A stretch of 64,000 nucleotides of DNA from Vicugna vicugna (lineage: Eukaryota): assembly GCA_013265495.1 (NCBI GenBank), contig MU058584.1, positions 3,476,508 through 3,540,507 of the forward strand. The letters run 5' to 3'. The translations under genes were made by a program, and so were the position numbers. How positions within the stretch are numbered: position 1 is the first letter of the stretch; every line of letters starts with the position of its first letter. Under the pieces are notes generated by a model. That model made no database searches. It was not told the DNA's origin and saw only the letters and a list, made by a program, of their open reading frames with translations. Below, one piece after another: positions 12,580-25,230 of the stretch.

Positions 12580-12925
12580 ATGGCACGGTGGTTAAAAGCG
12601 TATGCTCCAGAGCAGAACTGCCTGGGTTAAAAACTCTCTCTGCCATGGGCTGACTGTGAGGCCCAAGAAGCTATTTATTTCTCTGTGCTTCAATCCCCTT
12701 GGTTGTAAAATGAGGGTGGCAGTCACCACTCACCTCAGAGGGTTGTTTCAAGCATCAGGTACGATGACGTGTTTGAGCACTGTGATTTCTAAATCTTAAG
12801 AAAACATCTACATGTTGCAAAAACAACATTGCAAAATGACTATAACTCAATAAAAAAAAGTCTTTAAAAAAAAGAAAAAAGAAAACATCTACATAGTCAG
12901 TGCTCAGTAAGTATCAGCTGGAATC
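12580..12925 (+). mobile_element. MIR SINE interrupted by a short L1 tail
   Basis: 'ggcacggtggttaaaagcg...ctgcctgggtt...tctctgtgcttcaatcccctt..tgtaaaatgagg...' continuing as 'acatagtcagtgctcagtaagtatcagct'. Confidence 0.7.
12814..12878 (+). mobile_element. ~65-bp L1 3' tail insertion with perfect 16-bp TSD
   Basis: TSD aagaaaacatctacat at 12798-12813 and 12879-12894; insert 'acaacattgcaaaatgactataactcaataaaa' is the L1 terminus. Confidence 0.9.
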
Positions 12926-13930
12926 ATTGTTCTCTCAGACCGTTGAATCATCAGGAGGTAGAAATGTTCATCTTGGTTGCCATTACATTTCCTTCATTTC
13001 TGCATTTTTGGTCAGGGAATGAAGTTTGGTCTTTGGTCCAATTCAGCCATCTGGCAGTTCCTGTTTGTCTCCCTATGAGGATTCCGCAATTACTGATTAT
13101 GGGGAGGACTGATTTTGACCAAATCAGGTATAATAAAGGCCATCAAGAAACTACTTAAATTCAATTTGTGATTTTGTTTGCTCTCTTGAAGTAAATGATG
13201 GCTAATAGAGGAATTTAAAATTGGTGTGCGGAAGAAGTTACAAAGATAAATGCTGGCTGCAGCTAAGAAGAATGAAAGTTCATTGTCTTAGGGCAAAATA
13301 GCATAAAGTTGCCCAAATATTTTTATTGCACAAATGCACTCCCTTTATTGGAAGTGATTGGGTAATGCGATGTTTTACTTCATTGAAAACAGATTCCCTT
13401 TAGAAGATAATTTCCTCATTATCCTCAGAGGCTCAGGAATCTGCTATTAGATTCACAATTCAATTTTGAATGACTTAAGGGAATGAAACCTTTATAACTT
13501 TTCTTTCTAAATTGTGGAAGATCAAAGGATGAACGCCCCCTTTAAAGTAATTTATTATTATAGCATCTCACACTCTATAACACATTTAGAAAGTAATGAT
13601 TTTTCAATAAATTTAACTTATTGCATTAATTTTTAAAAGATTTTTCTTTCATGAATTACCATTTTATCTTTTGGTTTTCATGTAATTATAGTTAGGTCGA
13701 TTTATTTTAGACTAAAATCACAGAATATTAAAGCGACTGGGCACCTACTGGAGTATCTCATTGAATTCTACAATAGCCTTATGAGTTAGGTGTGATGTCC
13801 CCTCTTAATATATGAAGAAATTGAGGCACGGATGGGTTATCCAGCATCATGGTGCTGGAGGGAATCTAAACTCAGCTCGGTCCAAATTCTAAGCCTTTGT
13901 TCTTTCTACCATAAATGCAACCCACATACT

Positions 13931-14044
13931 TTTTTTTTATTATTATGTGGGACCTAGAATCACCGAAATTTTATTTATTTGTTTTTTTTTTAACATTTTT
14001 TATTGAGTTACAGTCACTTTACAAAGTTGTGTCAAATTCCAGTA
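13931..14044 (-). mobile_element. Short L1 3' tail with ~24-30-nt 3' transduction and second poly(A)
   Basis: TSD gcaacccacatact at 13917-13930 and 14045-14058; minus strand reads L1 terminus, A-rich tail, unique segment, poly(A). Confidence 0.85.
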
Positions 14045-14189
14045 GCAACCCACATACTATTAAAGGACTTCTAGTGACACCCCATCCCCCATCACATGAC
14101 ACAAATGAAAAAAGCCTAAGGCTACAGAAAGTGAAAGGAACTGTTATGGATTCCACTGTGAGCTGGGGACAGGATGGAGGCTTGCTTGG

Positions 14190-14400
14190 TGGCACACGGA
14201 TCTGGGATGTCCTTCTGCCATGTCCTAGTGAGGTGAATTTAGATAATTTATTCAATCTCTCTGGGCTCCAGTTTTCTCACCCGTAAAATGAAAATAAACT
14301 TGTATCACAAGGATGCTCTGAGATTAAAAGGGTTTATTATATACAGAGTGCTTAGCACTAGTGCCTGGCACATGGTAAATCATAAATTAGAGGAAACTGT
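14190..14400 (+). mobile_element. MIR SINE
   Basis: 'ttattcaatctctctgggctccagttttctcacccgtaaaatg...gtgcttagcactagtgcctggcacatggtaa'. Confidence 0.7.
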
Positions 14401-15377
14401 TTTCAGTAACACCGGTAATAATAACAGGAAGTAGAACCTAGCTCCCTGAGTTCTGAGAAAGGACTTTCTCTAATTTGTTATCACTCTAGTTCCAATTATA
14501 TAAACATACCAACTTTATGACTAATATACTTTATCCTATTTATTTCTTTATGCTTTGATTTGAACAGATCAGCCTGGCTTTAGGTAGCATTAACTTGCAG
14601 ATGGAATGTATTTACATTCTCCATGCACTGTGCATTCACATAGATTCAGCTTGATGCTACTCTGTCTTGGCACTGGCCACTCGTTCCCCAGGCTTCTTGA
14701 GAAATTTGGAATTGAGCTTTTGCTCTCTGCAGCCCCCATGACCCCCACCCTGCTGTTCCTGCTCATGAGTCAGCTATGGCAGGTCCAGGTTCATTACCAA
14801 TTCCCTGGGCTCTCTGGAAGTCGGGGCCTTGCTAATTTGCCTGCATCCTGGCTGCCCAAGCCCTCCCCCGTTTTGGCAGCCGCTGCCCCCACAGCTTTCT
14901 GATCTTATCGCAGTGGCTCTTAATTGTCCACTGCTGCTTCTCTGCCTTTTTCTCTGTGAGTGAAGCTCAGCGTGTGGATCATTTTGTACTAATCGTTTAT
15001 TTAATGTGCCTCCCATTTGTCCGTGGGCTTACATCTGCACCGTTCTTGCCTTCTATGCTGGGGCAGGTATACAAAAAAGCCTTTATTATTCTCCTAATCC
15101 CTTTTGTGGTTTTTTTTTTTCCTGTCCTTATCTTCCTCTGTAAGCTTTTCCTGACGCAGCAGATTCTTACCTTGCTCCCTTCGATTTTCCTAAGTACAAA
15201 TGGTTGTTTAACCCCTTGATATCAGATGCTGTATTATAAAGTCATCGAAGTCTTTCCCATTCTTCTCATGCTCCTGCTTCCTCTCATCTGACATTAATTT
15301 TAAAAGAATTCGCTTAAAAACACAGTCAGGGAACTAAGGAGAGTGCACAGAGGCTGCTTCTCTTTGCATTTGATGCT

Positions 15378-15560
15378 TAATATCTATATCTACCCTATAT
15401 GTATACCATCTACATCTCTTCTATCTCTAGATCATCTGTATCTGTTGTATATGTGTATCCTCTACATTGAATCTGTGTCTGTATCATATACATCTATTCC
15501 ATGTCTACATATTCTACATCTATGTCTATATCTACACCCGCATCTACACCGATATCTACA
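15378..15560. repeat. Degenerate (TCTATA/TCTACA)n simple repeat
   Basis: Hexamer periodicity 'atctatatctac...tctacatctatgtctatatctacac'. Confidence 0.75.
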
Positions 15561-16114
15561 TGAAATTTTGATATGAAATGTGGCACCCTGGGAGCAAGCT
15601 GTGGGAATGGCGAGTGTTCGGGAAATCAGGAAGCAGGTGCCTATATCCAAGAGCCCCACAGCAGAACCTCTAGCTCCCAGGCTGTGGCAGGAAAAGTAAG
15701 GTTGTCATCCCTAGTCTGGTCCTCATCAGGTTGCAATATTGCTCATAAACCCTCTGGCATTTCAAAGCACAGCAGAGATAAGAAACATACTGTCCTGAAA
15801 TGCCCCCTCCACCTCTGCCAGGAAAGCCCTACTGGCTCTTAAAGACCCATTTTCATCTCAAGCCTCACTCCTCCACGAAGTCCTCCTGGATGGGGTCGGA
15901 GAACCACAAAGGCATTTACTATCTGACTCTCGGACCTTGGCATTGGGTCAGGTTGTTCTCCTTCTTACTGCGCACTCTTTTCTGTTGTGTTTCTTTTCAT
16001 GCCGAATTGTTTAATATGCACAGCTTTTTAACTCCTAACACATTCAATAAATTACTTAAAGGCTGAGCTGTTCATGTTTAGGCATCCTTCACCCTTTTGT
16101 TTTAATCTACTGCT

Positions 16115-16285
16115 AGATTCTTTGGCATGCATCAGAATGCCCTGGGGACCTGAATTAGAAGGATGCTGGGTCTTTTCACAGCCCAGCTGAGTCAGAAACT
16201 CCAGGTGTGGGGACCTGAAATCTGTTATTTAAATGCACTCTTAGGGGCTTATGATGTCAACCAAAATTCGCTAAAAACTACTTTT
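16115..16285. mobile_element. MER5A-like hAT-Charlie MITE
   Basis: 'tgcatcagaatgccctgggga...ctgagtcagaaactccaggtgtggggacctgaaatctg'. Confidence 0.7.
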
Positions 16286-16371
16286 GTAGATGCCTCTACA
16301 ACAACTTTAAGATTTCTCTTCCTTTCTATTTTCACTATCATCTTACTAAACCAGGCCCATATCACCCAAAA

Positions 16372-16383
16372 CACATATGCACG

Positions 16384-16414
<31 letters not shown>
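16372..16414. repeat. (CA)n microsatellite
   Basis: Direct observation. Confidence 0.9.
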
Positions 16415-17559
16415 TTCTATTTAAAAAAAATTTACTTTTGAACACATAACAAATATTAATCGGTACTTAATATGCAGCAGACACTGTGACAGATGTAGAG
16501 AAGAAGAAGCCATGATTGTGAGGAGTTTGCAGCACAGAGAGGAAGACACACACCCACATCACACACTTAACTGAGTACAGCCTATGAACAAAATTGTGAC
16601 TAAAAAACTAGCCTGCCTCAAGACCTGGAACACACAGATTACAAAGTACAATTTTCCATCTTATCCCAGGAATGGCAGGCTCAAAGATAACTTGTCTTCA
16701 TTTTCCAAGGTAGGGGTGATGCATCCAATCAAAAAGAATGCAAAGGAAGGACATCAATGTGTCGTTATTTTCCATTGGACCAGCACTTCCTCCATGACTC
16801 AGATCCAGGCATATCAACCTGCATTGGATGCTATTCTTAGTGGTCATTGACTGTCTGAGACCCCTTATCTAGATATATGGCCAGAAGAGAGAGCTGTCAT
16901 CACGACCACTTGGGACCCAGGCTTGGGGTAGATCATCAAAACCTATGTTCTCTGGTCTTGGGAATAAATTCCCAGTATAGCGACACTACTGATTCGTGAC
17001 AACCCATTAATACATGAAGGTTGGCAATTTTTACTGACCCCTCAGCATTCTCATTTCTCAAAACAGAGCCTGTCATTTCAGAATATCTAACACTTGAAAA
17101 CAGCTTATTGTGGTGGTGTCATGGCAACAACAGCAAAAAAGGCTTTCCTCCATTTGTACCAAACAAGAACTAGAGGTGTTTGAAAAGCACAGAGACAGTC
17201 TGTAGCTCAGGACAGAAGACATTTGCAGAAACTGGCAGGAGCAATTCCTGCCCCTGCAAATTGACAGGGTTGGCTTCTCTTCTCTGTCTCTTGTGCTTGT
17301 GAGCCTTGGAACGTGGCAGGAGCTTGGATCCAGGGTGGCTGGCTTCTCTGAGCCATTGTTTTCCCATCTGTCCATCACATGAGCATTCTTTTCTGGTGAT
17401 GTGAGTGATATTGATGCAAATGCCTTGGTTATGGGTAATAGTTTGGTCTGACAACTGCTCCTTGATCCCCGGGTTAACACTATGTCTAAGTCACACCCAT
17501 CACCTCTGCGGGTGGCAGTCCCCTTTGCAACATGGGAGGTTTACTTTAGATGGACGTGT

Positions 17560-17743
17560 ATTTGCCAAACCTGGTTGTACATTAGAATAGTCTGAGAGAA
17601 TGTTAAAAATGCAATTTCCAGAGACCTATCCAGACCTGCTGGTCTGCAAATCTTCTGAGGAAGAGACCCAGGAAACTGTCTTTTCAACCTGTTCTCTTGT
17701 GATTTCAGTGTAAGCAGACCTCTTCCTGATGCTGAGAACCATT
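17560..17743. mobile_element. MER5A-like MITE
   Basis: 'aaacctggttgtacattagaat...aaaaatgcaatttccagagacc...tgctgagaaccattg'. Confidence 0.6.
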
Positions 17744-19759
17744 GGCCCAGATGCTCCCCAAAGCCATTCCAGCTTTGCGTTCTGTGGATTCAGGATCCCA
17801 CAGCCAGGATGCACCCAATTACTCCTCCCTGACTCTAAGCACCTCCCCATCCCCTCTCCCCTCCACACAGTCTTTCTTCGGTGACTCTTTTGGGTACCGG
17901 GAGGTCTAAGAGTTTTGTCAACGTTCAGTGAATGAGCCCTCTGCTCCCGCATATGCAGGTGGCCCATTAGCACCGCTGTCCGACTGCTGAGTAATGGTGA
18001 CTTTTCCCAGAATAATATGCTGCCTTTGTATGGCACTTCAAGGCTATTTTCAGGCACTTGCACACACTTTCATGCAGGACTAGAATCATGAACCATTTCT
18101 GTCTGTTTCACTGTGTGAGTTGGAATTTGCAGATCAGACAACGACTAGAATGAGGCTGACCTAGGAAATCAGTAATGAAAAATCAGACTAGGGCTTGGAA
18201 GCATCATTTTCTTTCTATAAATCATCTAGTCCAGGGTTTCATGCTGAGTAAAGCAATCTCCTAGTCATCCAGGAGAGCAAGATTTATGCCAAGTAAGAAA
18301 GAATAGTCAGCTGATTTCCTGTCTGTGGACTCCTTGAAGGGTAGAAAGAATAGAGACAGGGAGAAAAAAAAAACTACCCTTGAACTGGTCAATTTTGAGT
18401 CACAGTTCCACTCTGATTTAATCACCCAAAGCTAACAATGCTAGCAGAGGCCACCTTTACAAAGTGAAAATTAGCTAAAATCAATTAAAATGAAGCTTGC
18501 TTTGGCAAGAGGGAGCTCCCTAAGAGATGGTGTGTGAGTGTATTGCTGAGAGAGATGTGGCAAACACCTAAATGCAATTATGGTGACTGAGGTGTGTTCA
18601 CGAGATGGACAAGTTTCCCCAGAGAAGCAGAACCAAATCAACAGTGTTGTAACCTGTCTGAGTGAGCAGTGTGGTCTGCATGATGTATGGGAAAGAGAGG
18701 TGGGCAGAAAAGGTTTATCCAGGTCTATCCATGAGATGGAAGGCCAGTAACTGACAGACACAGGTGATGTGGTCACTCAGGGGAGCCCTGTGAGGGGAGC
18801 TGGGACAGATATTAAAGCAACATTACATTTTATTTTATATTTATACATAAAATGTATTAGCCATGTTATTGCATTTGCTGAACACATGTTATATGTCAGG
18901 ACTTACAGATGCTAAAGTGCTTTAATAGATTTTTACATTTAACCTTTAAAATATCCTTGTGACATAGGACCATCATCATCTGCATTATGATGAGAACACC
19001 AGCCTCTAGTTTTCGAAGCCAGTCGCTTAGCTGGTAAGTGGGAGACACAGGTTTTGAAGGCAGCTCTGTGTGCCTCTAAGGCCCCCTTAGCCTCTCTGCT
19101 CTCCTGCCTCCTGACACTGCACATCATGCTTTTCCTGAAATATGTTCTGGACTATCTAACTCCTAGTTGCTGGTTCTCTGTGCATCAACTTCGTACAAAA
19201 AACTTGGTACAGGGAAGGGAGATGTTCTGGACGTGGGTGTGACCATGATAAAAGGTTACACAGACATTTAGTTTATATATTTATTATGAAGGGATTGGAG
19301 CTCAGTGGTTAAGAGTTTGGGCTCAAAATTGGAATGAGCTGGGTTTTATTCGCGGCTCTGTGGTTCTGCAGCACTCTGCCTCTAAACAGCAATAACAAGC
19401 TGATTCTGGGATTCCAGGGCCTTAGGAAGCTCAGGGGTGGGAGTGAGAGGAGACCAACATTAAGCCAGTGAAGGCAACATAGTAAGGTAACTGCTGTGGT
19501 GGGGAGATCACAGGGTTTTGTGTATGTACAGCCATCAACCTTAGTCCAGGGTGGGAGCAACCCCTTTTTAACAATGCTAAAATGGCATTCATGGTCTCAG
19601 TGCCCTGATTGGGGGAAGATAAAAATCAGCCCATTTCATACATGGAAAAGATGAGGCAGGAACAGTTTACAATCAATTTATATCTGTACAGTTCTGATTC
19701 AAACTAAAGGCTCTGTCAGGCTGTTTTTCCACTGAGAAACATTGTTCTTTCTCTTGTAG

Positions 19760-19979
19760 GATGATGATCCCAGGAAATACAATGCCAAAAACAGGGCCAC
19801 CAGTCAGCATCAGGATGAACAAGGAAAATCCTCTGGAGGCAAAGCTGTCCTGGCAAAAAGGCCATTTCCTAAGTGCGGGAAAAGTTGTATAAAATTACTT
19901 CCTGGGTCACCGGTTACTCAGTGTTCTCTGGGACAGCTGGTTGACGCTGAGAGGGAGATGCTCTCTGAGAGGAGCAGAG
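19760..19979 (+). other. Candidate 220-bp internal exon (product unknown)
   Basis: Acceptor 'ttgttctttctcttgtag|G', donor 'GAG|gtaggt'; frame 0 has no stop (DDDPRKYNAK...EREMLSERSR). No homologue recognised. Confidence 0.25.
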
Positions 19980-21639
19980 GTAGGTGGATGAGTTCCCGGG
20001 CCTTTAGGAACTCCACCCACACCCACAAGCATTTGTCAGTGTTTTACTGAGCACCTGCTGTCAGTCTCATGATGGGTCCACCCTGGGGGTCTAAGGGTGA
20101 GCAAAGAAGACACATATGTAGCCCTCAAGGAGTTCATGGTTCACCCAGGGAGAGACCCCTAAGCCTTGAGTTACAAGGCAGAGAGCTCTGGGTGGACGCA
20201 GGATTTGTACAAATGCGTCTGAAGGATTAGTCTAAGGAGACGCCTCTGAGCAAGTGGGCTGACTTCTGTTCAGGGAGCGCATGCTATTCCTCCTGAGACA
20301 TGGGGATGGGGCATGCAAGTTAGCAAGAGTGCCTGGCAGGCATCATGCATCCTGGTGCAGTATAAAGAGGGACAACTCCAGGCCACGCAGGGCAGCCTCA
20401 TCTTGACAAAATGATTGCCCAGGAGCCAGTCATGGAGAGAGAAGCTTTCCATCTGTGATCTGCAAGCACCTCTGCTAACCCTGAAAGGAACCACTGAAAT
20501 GTGTGAGAGACTCCTGCATGAACACATCAGTGTTCCCCAAGGCTGCAGATGCTGGGGGTGGGGATAGGACAGCAGGTCTGTATCCACATCTATATCTACA
20601 TCTACTTCTATGTCTATATAAAGCCAAAGCCAACTTCTTTGGTCTGTGCATACAGAGTGGTCCTACGCTCTTCCATATAATGAGTATGTAAAACGCCTCT
20701 CTTTCTGAACATATTTCCTGGGGGGTGGGGGATAAAATAAAGCCCAAGAGTGAAGCAGAAGTGAGAGCTCTCTTGTTGCTCTCTGAATCCGCTCTACCCA
20801 GCACAGCATAAGGTGTGTGTGCAGCAGATTCTCAAGGCTGGATGATCTATGTGACTCAGTGAGGCCTCCAAGAGCTCCCCAAACACACTCCACACTAACC
20901 ATGTCCATCCTGAAATGTCCATGTTAGTGCCATCTCGTTGGCAGGGCGTTGTTCCAGAAGGATTTGATTGAAATGTGTGCCTTCATCCCTGGCCTGAGGT
21001 GGGGATGTAAAGGGTAAAGTGATGACCTTATTTTCCATGAACAAGAATCCCTCTGCCCCTCCCTGCCTCTGCCTTCCTTTTCCTCCCATCTCAGATTTGA
21101 TGCTGAACTCTCTTGTCTTCTCAGGAATGATGGTGACTTTCCCAAATCATCAGCTGCCTCTAGATTATCTCAGGGAATACTCCTGATGGTACCGTCCATC
21201 CTGAGACCTTGCTACCAGGCATCATTGACCCCTTCATTTTCATGCGTTCCTGTGGAACACAATTATAAGCCTCAAGAAATTTAATTGTCTTGGAGCAAAT
21301 GAAAAAAGATCTACAGTTTACTCTTGTATTTAGTGAGATTTGCGAAAGGAATAATCCTGTTGACATAAATACTTAAGAATTTTAAGTGCTGTGTTGGTTA
21401 ATATCTTTCTTAAGGATATAGAGAAGGGCAACTTGGAAAGTATTTACACTCTGGTGTGTGGGGAGCGCAGGGAACAAAAAGGCCAAAAGACTCTTACCAA
21501 AAGTCAGTGGTCTTAGCTTTAATCATGTCATCATGGTTATAACACCTCTCTTTAACTCTTAATGATATGCAACAGGAGATTCTCTGTGATGTGTAATGAT
21601 GAAATTCTGTTTTGATGTTTCCTATTTTCAAACCGTTAC

Positions 21640-22075
21640 CAGTTGCGACAAGAATAAAGAACATTTCCCACCTGAACTATTAGAAAGAAAATTGTTAAGC
21701 TGCGGTCCCATCACCTCCAAATACTCTAGCATTTCCTACAAATGAGCACACTCTCTAAAACCTTAATTCATCCATCACAATAAGGAAGCTAACATTAATA
21801 CATTACCATCTAACTCTCAGATCCCCAGCTGCTCAATAACATTGTTCACAGCAGAAGGATCCAGTTCAGAACCACACATTGCATTTGATTGTCAGGTTTT
21901 TCAGTCTTCTGTTTAGAGCATCTCTTTTTAGCCTTTTCTTGACTTTCAATTCCTTAAATATTTCAAAGGGCTAGGCCAGCTGTTCGGTTGCATGACCCTC
22001 GGTTTGGTCTTGGTCGTTCTTCCTGCTTAGATTCAGGTTTTGCATCTTTGACAGGAATGTCACGGAAGTATCAAC
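21640..22075 (-). mobile_element. Old L1MB/L1MC 3'-UTR fragment
   Basis: 'cattaatacattaccatctaac...aggatccagttcagaaccacacattgcatttgattgtca...ttagattcaggttttgcatctttgacaggaat'. Confidence 0.6.
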
Positions 22076-24372
22076 TCTTAGTGGCTACTTCCTACCCAGT
22101 GTGGTGTCTGACACCTCATGGCAGGCTGCCTCTCCTTGGGGCTGACTTTCTCACCCACTTGGACGCTGGGCTCCCGCCCTAGACCATTCCTCGGCCCTCT
22201 GTGTTGATGGCCCTGCTTGGCTGCTGATTCCCAAGCCACGTGCTCCTATCTACACAGTTTTCTCAATGTTTTTGAGCTCTTACTTTTTACAAGCGGCTTC
22301 CTTCTGACAGTCTACGCCCAGCCTCCTCCAGGCATGCGTGCCCTTGTCACAATTTTCAGGCTCTGTCATTTCATACCAGACTGCACTTCTATGTGGATGC
22401 CCTCCGCATTCTTCCTGGGCTCTGATACCTCATGCAAGGCTGTCCCCACATGTGAATGCCCTTCTCACACTGCTTGGGCTTCCACATCCCATGTGGGTCC
22501 ACGTTGCTGCACAAACACCCTGCTTGAGATTTGATGCTGCACTCTGTGTCACTGAAGCCATTCCTTATGCCCATCCGGTGTGGACACCCCCCTTTCCCTG
22601 CTCCACTTAGTGGCATCCAGAGCATTAGTACTGAATTTTGTGGGGCAAGAGAAGAATAGATGAAGAGAAACAAGAAGTGTTAGAAGAAAAGCAACCACCA
22701 AGTTTTATCTACAAAGTTTTTGTTTAACCACTAGGAAAATAACTGTAAGCTATGGAGTTTGTTAAAATCTTACAAAACATGTTTCTTATAAGAAATTGCA
22801 TTTGTTCATTTAATCACTTAATCAATTATAGAATAAATTGGATTGAATACTGAAATTGCTCCTTGTAACTATGTATGAACTCACCAGCTCTCTTTTAATT
22901 AATACTCCATCCCTATATTAACTATGTAAGGTCTCTTGAGAGCCAGAAACCCCTGATTCTATGTCTCTTTCTGTCCTGCTTGTATGTCCAATAGATTCAG
23001 ATCTAAAGACCATCTTAAGCTTCATACTGCATAGTCCAGAGTTGATGATTCTTCCAGTATTAAATTATAAAATAAGTTTCTCACTTAGGATTATACTTTT
23101 ACAACGGTCCTGATACTGCTCTAGAGTTTGGGGGATGTGCTTTTAGGGGCCCGGGGAGGATAGCTCATCTTCAAGCAAATTTCTGGCTTTTTATCAGTTT
23201 TACCCATTGAGATTCTCAATAAGAATCTCAAAAATCCTTTGAGAAGAGGGTTTTATGTAGCTTACCCCTTCTTAGCATCCTTCCCAAACATGCGCACATG
23301 CACACACACTCAAACGCACACAAAAAGGAAGTGACTGCTTTAACTGAAGTCTTTGTTCTCAGTTTAAATGTGAAGCCCTCATGTGGGGTTATTTTTTAAG
23401 CCTTTAACAGACATGTTTTAAACTTCAATTTGAATGTGTTTCAGATTTTTTCCTGCAGAGCAGAATTTTTCTTCAGTGAAAGGGAGTGTGTATATGTTAG
23501 CAATTGCCACAAATGCGGTGTGTTACTCATTGCCCTCAAATTTAGCTAAGAATGGTCACTTCTCCTCATCTATCTGCACGTTCATTGACCTAGGCTGCCC
23601 TTGGCAGGGTGGCCCGTCAAGTTTGCTCGGTCTCTCTCACACTGGGGATCTGCTAGGGCCAGCTTTGCTCTGCCGTGTGTCGTTTTCCTGGGCTCAGCAG
23701 CCTGGTCTGGGGCCAGTCTGAGTAGGCTCTTCTCAGCTGGGGAGCAGGGAAGCTTTAGCTGGCAAGTTCTTTACAGGTTTCTGTATGTCTGGTTGAGAGA
23801 GCACTGAAAACTGGCAGTGGATGTAGAAGTGGGGCCAGGTGGTAAAGAATTAAATTTGCTACATAGGAAACAGGAATGAAAAAGAGTACTGCCAGGGTTT
23901 AACAACTGCACCTAGAATGTTGGCTGATTTAGATTCTTCTTAATTTTCTATATTTTCTCCTTTGTTTGAGCTGGTAAGAGCTCCGTGGTGGTTAACCCCT
24001 CTTCTTTGTGCAGGACTCTCACTTTTCAGGCTTGTCACAATTCAGTTTATCAGACTGGCATTGGGAAGTACTCAACTGGTTGAATGAATGAATGAATGAG
24101 GGAATGACTGATATCATGACTTCGACATGACTGACCCTCCTTCCAGGTATGGGTACCAAGGTTGTTACTGTAATGTACCTTCACAGGATGAAATTAGGAA
24201 CCAACCCTGCTCTAAGATCTTAAAGATTAAAGACTAAAATTTTCAATTTTAATCCCTAAATTCTAGGTATCATTGGATACTGCCAAATAATGATTCTTAA
24301 GTGTTCTAAGACAGCCACGATTTCCATTAAATTTCAAGTTTATTAATCTTTTTTTGTGTGATAAACTGAATT

Positions 24373-24600
24373 GATGGGATGGTAAAGCAGATTGATGGAG
24401 ACAGGAGGCAGGTGAGATGAAAGCAAGGGAGAAAGACTCCAAGAAAACAGTCCACCTTATTCTTCTAGGCAGCTCTGTTCTAAACAAACCACCAAACACA
24501 AACATTAGTGGGCATTTGTGAAATACACATTCTTCGCTTGTCTTCATCAAGGGAAAGATGCTGGGTGAGCAGTGGAGATTAGGGCCGGCATCTTGGTCCC
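24373..24600 (-). repeat. Left arm of a ~228-bp inverted duplication
   Basis: Reverse complement aligns to 25968-26196 with ~32 differences in ~229 positions (manual count, ~86%). Confidence 0.95.
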
Positions 24601-24969
24601 AGCACATTGATAATTTTTGTTTGTATAGGGCAGCTGTTTCTATTTTAAATCACTTGTTATTTTTCAAGAAAAGTTTTACTAATATTTTAAATTAATTTTA
24701 AGAAGCAGAGATATGAGCATTGTGATGTACTGTGTCATTGTCCATTCAAATAATGACCATCATTTATTAAGCACCTTAATATGCTGGGCACTGTTAGCTG
24801 TTTGATATAACTTTGCTTTACTCTCTAAAACAATCATACAAAGTAGGCATTATTTAAAATTCTCAATTAATAGTGGAGGAAACTGAGGTTTAGAAAAGTT
24901 TAGTAACTTAAGGTCAGTCAGCTAACAACAGGATTGGTCTGGGCTACAATTCATGCCAGTGACCCAAGC

Positions 24970-24970
24970 A

Positions 24971-25002
<32 letters not shown>

Positions 25003-25230
25003 TTAAAATTGAATTAAAGTCAATATATAACGTGTTAATTTCTGGTGTACAGCATGGTGATTCATATGTATATATATGTATACACACACATACATATATA
25101 TACATATATTCCCTTCATCTTTTTCATTATAGGTTATTACAAAGTATTGAATACAGTTTCTTGTGCTATATAGTAGGACCTTGTTGTTTATCTATTTATA
25201 TACAGTAGTTAGTATCTGCAAATCCTGAAC
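24970..25230 (-). mobile_element. L1 3'-UTR tail with (GCTT)n microsatellite, inserted in a MIR
   Basis: 'gtgttaatttctggtgtacagcatggtgattca...cattataggttattacaaagtattgaatacagtt...gttagtatctgcaaatcctgaac'; (gctt)x8 at 24971-25002. Confidence 0.8.

Noticed and set aside
17073..18063. 135-aa and 145-aa minus-strand ORFs
   Set aside because: No recognisable domain or splice structure; the second runs into a MER5A-like element.
23206..23231. Small hairpin ttgagattct-caata-agaatctcaa
   Set aside because: The 10-bp stem is too short for a pre-miRNA and plausible by chance or micro-inversion.
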